Below are positions 55,230 to 64,000 of a stretch of DNA of 64,000 nucleotides, piece after piece. The notes under the pieces were generated by a model. It ran no database searches. It saw only the letters and a list, made by a program, of their open reading frames with translations, and was not told where the DNA came from. How positions within the stretch are numbered: position 1 is the stretch's first letter; the number at the start of each line of letters is the position of its first letter. A program made the translations under genes and the position numbers. Source of the DNA: Octopus vulgaris (Eukaryota); the NCBI GenBank assembly GCA_951406725.2, contig OX597827.1, positions 3,162,001 through 3,226,000 on the forward strand. Reading direction: 5' to 3'.

Positions 55230-55506
55230 ATTTATCTACTAATCTATCTATCTATCTATATATATGTATATGTATATGTATGTGTGAGTGTGAGTGTGCA
55301 TATGAGTGTATGAATGTATGTATATATGTATATCTATATATGTATACACACAATCACTCATGTGTATATACATATATATATAATATATATATATGTATAT
55401 ATATAAATGCATATGTATATATATATGCATATACATATATATAGTTTCTAGTTTCTTTTTGTAACATATTTCTATTATATATATATATATATATACATAC
55501 ATACAC

Positions 55507-57060
55507 AGTTCTAGGTAAATTCCACCACAGAAAATTCCACCAGTTAAATTTCACCATAGGTAAATTCCACTCCACCATGGTATATTCCACCTTGGTAAAT
55601 TGCACCTGTGGACAAACTTCTAATATAAGCTGCTCACATTAATAATCACCATGGTCAGTTTCTTTAGACCATGGGTGAATACCTATATCATTAAATCTGT
55701 CTGTCTCTCAAGTCTTAGGGGTGGAGAGAAAGAGTCTGAAGGTGAGATGTATAATAACCTTTATAATCTACTTGAATCGAGATGGGATCGCTTTAATGTA
55801 CTCCCATCGAACAAGAATCTATGAAAAAGACTGATCATAAAATTTCAAAAATAATATACTTTGGGATAAAGAAAGAAAACATTAAATTTTACCACGCATT
55901 TTATTATAATAGTAGGATAAAAAATAACTGAGTACATTGTGAAGCAGAGTTAGGATAAGGAAGTTTAATTTTTTATTTTTTTTTAATTCTTGAGACAAAT
56001 TATGAGCAATACTTCTTAAAAATTGCAGAGGATTTTCATGTTGATATATATATAACTAGCTTCTTCCCTCATGCATCAATAATTTGATAGGCCTTTTTTT
56101 TTTGTTGTTGAGTCGCCACATTGACTGGGCAATTTTTGTCTGGCTTAATCCTTCCTCAGCTTTAAGGGCAGTGCATAGTTTCCACAAATTTGGATGTATG
56201 GATGTTAGTGATGAGCGCAAAGCATTGTGGAATCCTTCTAAAGAATTATTTGATCTTGCCAAGTCTTTTAAGATGCAATCACATACATTCCCAAGTTGTG
56301 TAGGGAAATGTGTGGTTTCTCTTCACCAACGAGGACCATGCCCACTTACAATCCCAATGTATGTAATCTCAAAATAGGTGATAAACTCAGAAGGGATGTC
56401 TTCATCATCAGAAAAATCTTGAAATACATTGACAATGTCTTCAATTGGCAAAAGTACTAAAGCACAGAGCACTTAATTTTAAGCTGAAAACTTTCATCTT
56501 TGTTGCATCTCCTACTCTCAAAAAGTGCACATATCTTCTGCCAACAAGACTGTCCAAGATTAGAAACACACCCAACTACTTCTGAATACAGAAAGATAGA
56601 CACAAATGCATTATGGAGAGCTTTTTCAAAGTCCATGAGACAGGTTACGGGTTGACAATTTGATCTTAAATCATGCACAGAAGACAAAAGACGATGATAA
56701 GAGGCTTCTTTGTGTCAGGAAGTAAGGTAAATGGTCTGGGCACACACGAACTTCCAGCGATGATATGTAGTGTCACTGACTCCACAAAGTAGGAGATACC
56801 TTGAAAGTTCCATCACAGGCCAAATTCTTAGTTCAAGCCCAGTCCAGACATTCATGCCTCATTGCTCAGTCAGGACATCTGGCATGGAACGGTTACATTG
56901 GTCCAGGTAAGTCGTCCAACATAGACAATGAATCATTTCTAAAGGGGAGATGTCCCTGGAAACAATTATTATGCTCTATGCCCTTTTTCGAAAATTGTTA
57001 TTAATCTAAAAGAAATTAGTTCCTGTAGTTGTGAGTTGACAAGAAGCCACGATCCTGTTC
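55507..57060 (-). mobile_element. MULE/Mutator-family DNA transposon remnant with terminal repeats
   Basis: Minus-strand DGTF, CLMDFEKALHNAF..VVGC..LGQ..W and RSNNSLEGFHNAL are MULE transposase motifs. Tandem GGTAAATTCCACC-type subterminal repeats at 55514-55610. Confidence 0.8.
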
Positions 57061-57346
57061 GTGTTTAGTTGGAAATTACCTCCTTGAAACAATATTAGTT
57101 TAAAACCAACATAATACCACTTCATTGATTTTATAACATTAATTATCAGCACAATCATCCGGTTATTTATCTATATTGGACAAGAATATGTTTTATATAT
57201 ATCTTAATTACTACAATTCTGATTAGAATGAGTTTGATGATAACCAATTTGTTTGTATGTCTAATTACAGAGATTGCTCAAAAGTAGAAGTTAATGTACA
57301 AGAGATTAAAGAGCCAAGAATTCTATTTTTAGAAATAATTATCCTC

Positions 57347-57387
<41 letters not shown>

Positions 57388-57401
57388 GGGAGAGAAAGTG
57401 T

Positions 57402-57445
<44 letters not shown>

Positions 57446-58079
57446 TGTAACTCTACACAACATTTTGTTCTCTGAAATGTTCATTAAAAAAATAATGTAA
57501 AAATGTATTCTAAAATTTGTGTGAAATCTAGGAAAAAAGACTCAAAAGTAGCTGAAATATTCAACATGTCAGTTACATTGAAGATTTATGCAATCTTTAT
57601 GTTTAATCAAAAATTACATAACACACAGAAACAAAAAAATTAATTACTTGTAATTATGATGTGACGGTCTTTTATAGATGCTGTAAAGTAATTTTTATGT
57701 TTAAAACTCCAAGGTTTTAACAGGAAAATGTGTTTCACTTGAAATGGCCAGATCTCTTTAGCTGTAAATGGCTCCCACAAGTTGAAGTGTGTGTGTGTGT
57801 GTGTTGGGGTTAAAATCTAAAAATGATGACTATGTCAATGAGGAGAAAAAAACCTGTTGTTTCAAGATAGCTTTGTTTTGAGAGAGACAAAAATTTCTTT
57901 TGCTTCTTAAGCCTGTGTTCATAAGTTTTTCATAAAAACCATGTCACAAGGTTAATCCTGTTACATCCATGCCACAAAGATTTTCTGTAAATTATTTCAG
58001 TTTTGTAATGCTGAAATAGTATCTCTCTCCTACTGTAATTATTTATCAAGTTATTTTTAAAGCAATGGTCATATGGTAT

Positions 58080-58800
58080 TACTGAATGTTGGAATGTTGG
58101 TATTATCACAAATACAAGACGCTGGAATGGGGAGGATCCAAAAGAGCTCTGGAGAAATGTTACTTGGCAGGATGTGTAGTGGAGGCACATGGCCTAGTGG
58201 TTAGAGAAGCGGACTCGCGGTCGAGGGATCGCGGGTTCGAATCTCAGACTGGGCGATGTGCGTGTTTATGAGCGAAAAAACCTAAGCTCCACGCGACTCC
58301 GGCAGAAGGTAATGGCGAACTTCTGCTGACTCTTTCACCACAACTTTCTTTCACTCTTTCCTCCTGCATCTTGCAGTTCACCTGCGATGGACTGGTGTCC
58401 CATCCAGGTGGAGAACCTATACATCAAGAAACCGAGAAACCGGCCCCTATGAGCCAGGCATGGCTCGAGAAGGAACAAACAAAACAGGATGTGTAGCTAA
58501 GATATCATGGAGTTTCCCCAGGTCAAGTGGCTGCTTCTCAGCATTGAGAGGTACTACAGACATGTAGTTAGATTGTTGCACGAAAGGCTCACAAGATAAA
58601 TTTTGCAAGCTGAGTCAACCAACAGGAAACCTAGGAGTAGACTAAGAATGAGATTGTTAGATAATATCCAAAGCTTCAGTTGGTCACCTCTTGGGAAGCC
58701 AGCTGCAAAGTGTGATGATGGCTGTGCCTGAAAGATTTCTGTTGAGGAGATGCCTGGAGATTCTACACCACACAAGTCTCCCAGGAATAGTGGATGGAGA
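58080..58800 (+). mobile_element. RTE-type LINE 3' remnant interrupted by a SINE
   Basis: LLSIER..YYRHVVRLLHERLTR*ILQAESTNRKPRSRLRMRLLDNI matches the RTE C-terminal W.GHV.R...R.P...R.RGRPR.RW.D motif. Confidence 0.7.
58180..58484 (+). mobile_element. tRNA-derived SINE, family D variant, 12-bp TSD
   Basis: A-box TGGCCTAGTGG, B-box GGTTCGAATC. TSD CAGGATGTGTAG at 58168-58179 and 58485-58496. Confidence 0.9.
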
Positions 58801-61800
58801 AAATGGAAGTGTTTAAAACACCAGCTTTGGAAAAAGTTTCAAAATAATTAACCTCGTACTTTTTTTTTTGTCAAGAACCTAAGGCGATCATTTCACAGAT
58901 TAAGCCTGACAGCTCACACTCATCTCATTTCACTTAAACAAATACAAGTTCTCAACGATCCTGACTCTGATATTTTACTATGACAAAACCATACCCTTCT
59001 TGCGTGCAAATTACAGAACTTACATCTTATGGAGAGGAATGATAATTTAAGAATTGGCAGATTTTTTTCTTTTACGGAACTTCTAATCTTTATCAAGATT
59101 CATGAAGTCCCTCATTATATGATAAGTTCCTATTCATTTCAAGACGAAAAGATTTTTCATATGCAAAATTAGAGAAAAATTCTTTTTTCTTTTTATCATG
59201 TAGTTTTTTTCTCTCTTGATAAACCTAAAAGCCATTTTCTTTGATTTTTATCAGAATCAGAATATCTGACATCTTTGTGGAAGAACATTTTGCCATTAGT
59301 AACTTATATCAACCATTAATGTTCCTTTTTTTTTTAATTCTCAAAATGCTTAACTATTATTTACTTCTTAAGCTTATTTATTCATTTATCTATTTCATTT
59401 ATTTTTTTCCCTTTCTCTTTTATCCCATTCCTTGCATTTCTTGAAATGCTTCAGCAAACTAGTTTCAAACACAAATGTCTTTAACTACTGTGTTAGTGCT
59501 TGTCGGTAAGGTAGGATGTCTTTAAGTAGGAACAAACATTATTTAGTTCTATTTTATACTGGTAGTGACAATTTAATGTGAACACTACCTGTTCCATTAC
59601 CCAATGAACATTTTACAGGAATTTCAAAATTCCTTCATATTTTCTTTCCAAAGACTTTTTCATTATTTTTCTTTTTTTTTTGTTTTCGTCTTGCATTGGT
59701 TTCTATGGCAGTAACAAACACTGTCTTCATTATTTACACAATAAAAGCTGTTAAGTGCAATATTTTCTGGCATATATATAACAAAACCTGAAGTTCAAAC
59801 ATATATAAATATATAACAATAAGATTTGTTTGTTTGGATAATAAATGGGCGCTACACATGTATGTTTAGAGATGCATGTTTGGTCTGTGTTGAAATATGC
59901 GGAAACGTGCACATTCAAACATGAATAGAAAATTGCATGATTTTCTATAGAGACATGTATCCCTGTGTAAGCATATGTATATGGGTGTATGTATGCAAAC
60001 AAACATTAAGAAACATGAGAGAGAGAGAGAGAGGGAGAGAGAGAGACAAAGAGATCAATAGGTATGCATATATATATATGCATACCTATTGATCTACATA
60101 TAAATATGTATGTGCATATATTTACTCACTATTATAATTTCTCTTAGAAGTATATTATCAAGAAAGTGAACTAAACAACACAGATGTGAGATATTTTGGC
60201 AAAACAGAAATACTTTCAGAAATGAAGGTCAGCTTTTTAATTTGAATAAATTAACAATGCTAATGGCTGAAAAAAAACTGCTCATCTTGGCACTGATATA
60301 TTTCTTCTCAACAAAATATTTCAACATTATAAGATCTTACAGTTTATTTGAAGCCTTTTTTTATTCCAGTATAGAAACAAGGGGGATGATAAAAGCCACA
60401 TAAAAATACAAAATAATTGAAAACTAAATTTATTCAAGGTATACCAGTGTGTATATTCTTTCAGGGATCAGGGTTCTGGATTGTAAACAGGTAGTTTTGG
60501 AGAGAAGATCCCGAGGGGAAGGTTGAATATATTCAACTCTTCTCTCCATGTTTCAGATCTAATCACATTAGTGACAAGAGAATAAGGAGCGGAAGAAAGA
60601 AATTCATTTCTCTCTGCTCTTTCTCTAATATACATCTTAGCTTTGGGGATAAAAGTGATGTGTAAAACAAGATCAAAGATAAAAAAATATATAAGGAAAT
60701 CTCAAAGTCAGATATAACATTACAGAAATGTTTGAGAAAGAAATGAGCAATATCTGAGTACACAAAAATGGTGAAGAAATTCTTCAAAGCTAAGCAGAAT
60801 CGTATGAGACACAACGAAGCAAATTCACTGTCGATGATACAGAATAACCAGAGCCCAATATGAAATGCCTACTAAGCAAAATAAACAGTGTGGTTATTAT
60901 CAAATATAAAATGATACATCTTTAGTTTTTTTGTTTTTTTTAAGAAATCAGACCTGTAGAGGCTAAATAACCCCAAAATACAATGGAAGCTAAATAAGCA
61001 AAAAATACTATGGAGGCTAAATGTGCAAGGAAAAAATGTTATGGAAGCTGATCATGTAAAAATAAAGAAGGAAAAAGTGAATGAGTTTGAGAGAGAGAAA
61101 AAATTATAAGCTCCCCTGACATTAGCCAAATTGTAACTGAGCAGAACTACATTGACATGGAACAATTATTACCAATTCTATATGCAACAACCCATAATGC
61201 TGAAAACCTAACAGAACCTAGGAAAAAAATAAAGATACTATAATCCTTATGATGAAATAATGTAAAACCCTAAGCATAACGTAAAACATGAGAAAATGAA
61301 ATTTATACCAATTCATGATAAACCACAAAAAAAGGATACAGATTAGTAATAAAATAAAATAAAATAAAATAAAATAAAGTACAAGGAACTCAAACGGATA
61401 ACTAGATAACAACATATTTAATGTAATAGCTATGAAACATATGAAATAAATATAAACCGATTTACTGATGGATTTATACAAATTGTCTAATTTAGAAAAG
61501 AGCCAAATACCAAAGAGGGAAGTGGTTGGGGAATTCAGTGAAAGTCAAGTAAGAAATGCAAGCAATAGAACGAACCATGGGAAAATCACAATATATATGT
61601 TGGTGGATGTGGTGGGGGAGTGAATGAGGGGACAGGTGGGTGTGGGGGAAGAATGGGTGGATTGAGTGGGTGTGTCAGTGAGTCGAGTGGGGGAGTGATA
61701 GGTGGGTGAGAGGGAAGGCGAGTGGGTGGATGAGTGAGTGTTGAGAGCAGAGGCCACGGGTGCATGAGTGAGTGTATGTGTTTGGGGTTGGGGTAGAATA

Positions 61801-61959
61801 GATGAGTAACTTGAATGAGTGAGAGAGAAAAAGAGAAAGAAAGGGAGGAGAGTGTGTGTGTGTGTGTGTGTATGTGTACGTGTGTATGTTATGCAACATT
61901 GAAAGAAACGTATGACTTTTTTTTTTTGTCCATCTTTCTATGAAAGTGCAAGTGGTTGT

Positions 61960-62520
61960 TGATGGCTTACCTCAACAAGATACGCTTCATTACATGGATT
62001 ATCCATCTATGGAGGAAAATGTGGTTTTGCTGATTAAGAAAATCAACTGCAGAAAGATACCAGGAATAGATGATGTCATTGTCGTTGTCGTCATCATCAT
62101 CAAACCCTGGACATTATTGTCTCAAGTCTTAGGAACCTTAGGGCCAGTTGCTCAGTTTCCATGGATTTCAAGTGACTGAGATCGCAACACTTCACTTGAA
62201 TGGGACATTAGTTTGTTGCAAGGTTACCCATTTACAAGTGAGCAGACTGGAGTAACCTGAACTGAAGTGTTTTACTCAAAAACACGATGCACTACCCAGT
62301 CCAGGAATTGAAACCACTATCTTATGATTTTGAGTGTAACAACCTGACCACTAGGCCATGTGCCTTCACTCATTAAATGATAGAACTGTTGGAAATTGTG
62401 CATGAAAGGTTTGATGCACAAAATGCCAAATAGCTGGGAAGGCACTCGCAAACCACAAGACTGGAATGATGCAACTCTTGAGGTTCAAAGGCAAATTTCT
62501 ATGTGCTTATTCTCATGGTA
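61960..62520 (+). mobile_element. Small decayed LINE RT-upstream fragment split by a SINE
   Basis: PSMEENV..LIKKINCRKIPGIDD ... KPQDWNDA resembles the K.PG.D.I ... P..W..A motif. Confidence 0.5.
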
Positions 62521-63041
62521 TTATTTGACCAGGTTTTATGTAGACTATTATCTTTTATCCTTTACCTGTTTCACTCATTAAGACAGCAGCCATGCTGGAG
62601 CATCACCTTGCAGAATTTCTAGTTGAATGAATTGACCTCAGTATTTATCTTTTTAAACCCTATTCCATTGGTCTCTTTTACTGAACCACTAAGTTGCAGG
62701 GATGTAAACAAACCAACATCAGTTGTCAAGTAGTGGTGAGGACAAACACACACACATGCACACTCACACACACACACACACACACACATATGTGCTCATG
62801 ACTTAGTGTATAAGTAAGTATTTCATTTATTTCTTACTATATTTATCGCTGACGAGGAGAAAATTCTCATGAATTAAGTCTGAAATTGGGACCGATACGA
62901 TAATAACAACATTTTTTCGAAATTTCTGTCAGCTTACTTCGAGACGCATGCTTATAGTGATAAATTATATGGTTATTGACGATTTGTCTATTTTCGGCAT
63001 ATTTGGCATTAGAAATTTTTCTTTTGCCCTTGTTTATAAGT

Positions 63042-63074
<33 letters not shown>

Positions 63075-63206
63075 CGGTGCCCCAGCATGGCCACAACTCA
63101 TTAGCTGAAACTGGAAAAATCAAAATCAAATATATATATATACACATATAGTTGAAAAAAGATTAGAGATCTATACAAATCAAACTTTTATATATAAAAG
63201 ATAGAA

Positions 63207-63591
63207 GTGGAAGTAGCAGAGAAGTAAATCTAAGACATTTCAATTTAAGAAGGAATTTAATAAAAGGATTTTAAAATTACATTAAGAAAATATTACTGGT
63301 TTTGGTGATGAATCTCATCTTATCAAATATCAGTAAAAATTTGAAGTAACAATAAATTTATCTTCTGTCTGGGGATCAAAAACAGTTTATATTCTGCCTG
63401 GGGGTCAAAATCAGTTTATCTTTTGTTTGGGGATATTTTCACTTCAAATTTTTATAAATTTTTACTGATATTTGATAAGATGAGATTCGTCATCGAAACC
63501 AGTAATATTTTCTTTATATCATTTTGAAATCTTTTTATTAAATTCCTTCTTAAATTGAAATTTCTTAGATTTACTTCTGCACTATTTCCAC
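63207..63591. repeat. Fold-back element: about 140-bp inverted arms around a spacer of three roughly 30-bp tandem repeats
   Basis: 63207-63347 is the reverse complement of 63441-63591. The spacer repeats TTTATCTTCTGTCTGGGGATCAAAA. Confidence 0.9.
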
Positions 63592-63596
63592 CTACA

Positions 63597-63903
63597 TTAT
63601 CATCATCATCATCATCTTCATTTAGCGTCCGTTTTCCATGCTAGCATGGGTTGGACGGTTCAACTGGGGTCTGTGAAGCCGGAAGGCTTCATCAGGCCCA
63701 GTCAGATCTGGCAGTGTTTCTACGGCTGGATGCCCTTCCTAACGCCAACCACTCCGTGAGTGTAGTGGGTGCTTTTTACGTGCCACCCGCACAGGTGCCA
63801 GACAGAGCTGGCAAACGGCCACGAACTGATGGTGCTTTTACATGCCACCGGCACGGGGGCCAGGCGAGGCTGGCAACGGACACGAACAGATGGTGCTTTT
63901 ACA
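63597..63903 (-). mobile_element. Retroposon family C with (GAT)n tail (RTE-type 3' end)
   Basis: GGCGTTAGGAAGGGCATCCAGCCGTAGAAAC...CCATGCTAGCATGGAAAACGGACG..(GAT)n. Related copies at 2975-3225(+), 8355-8700(-), 24970-25220(-), 26507-26665(+), 28037-28153(+) and 45720-45982(+). Confidence 0.75.
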
Positions 63904-64000
63904 TCCATCAAATCCACTCACAAGGCTTTGGTCATCCTGAGGTTATCGTAGACGATACTTGCCTAAGATACCACGCAGTAAGACTGAACCCAGAACCATG

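Noticed and set aside
55514-55610. CRISPR-like spaced repeats (GGTAAATTCCACC)
   Set aside because: Eukaryotic context, spacers of only a few bp and no cas genes. These are MULE subterminal repeats.
58181-58255. tRNA gene
   Set aside because: It has A and B boxes but no acceptor stem, continues into a SINE body and is flanked by a TSD.
61600-61800. G-quadruplex-prone tract
   Set aside because: Degenerate (GAGT/GGGT)n simple repeat with no independent sign of function.

Overview
AT-rich, microsatellite-saturated eukaryotic intergenic/intronic DNA. The repeat complement suggests an octopus (coleoid cephalopod) genome (inferred, not verified). I can support no intact host protein-coding gene, and nearly all ORFs in the track are microsatellite read-throughs. 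Real coding signal comes only from transposon remnants: a young 5'-truncated L1/Tx1-clade LINE (zf-RVT C-terminus) sitting in a (GATA)n array plus an older copy, and mariner, Tigger/pogo, piggyBac, MULE, RTE and R4-type fragments. There are dozens of tRNA-derived SINE copies from about five families. Most interesting: (1) several hammerhead-ribozyme-like motifs, one with a fully intact catalytic core, in Penelope-like or fold-back elements; (2) one SINE subfamily shares its 3' tail with the Tx1 LINE and is the only one of its family showing clean TSDs; (3) a roughly 7.6-kb SINE-free zone (16.0-23.6 kb) holds a promoter-like CCAAT/X-box/CpG cluster and splice signals, suggesting an unannotated minus-strand non-coding or small-ORF transcript; (4) a pre-miRNA-sized hairpin at 40974-41047.
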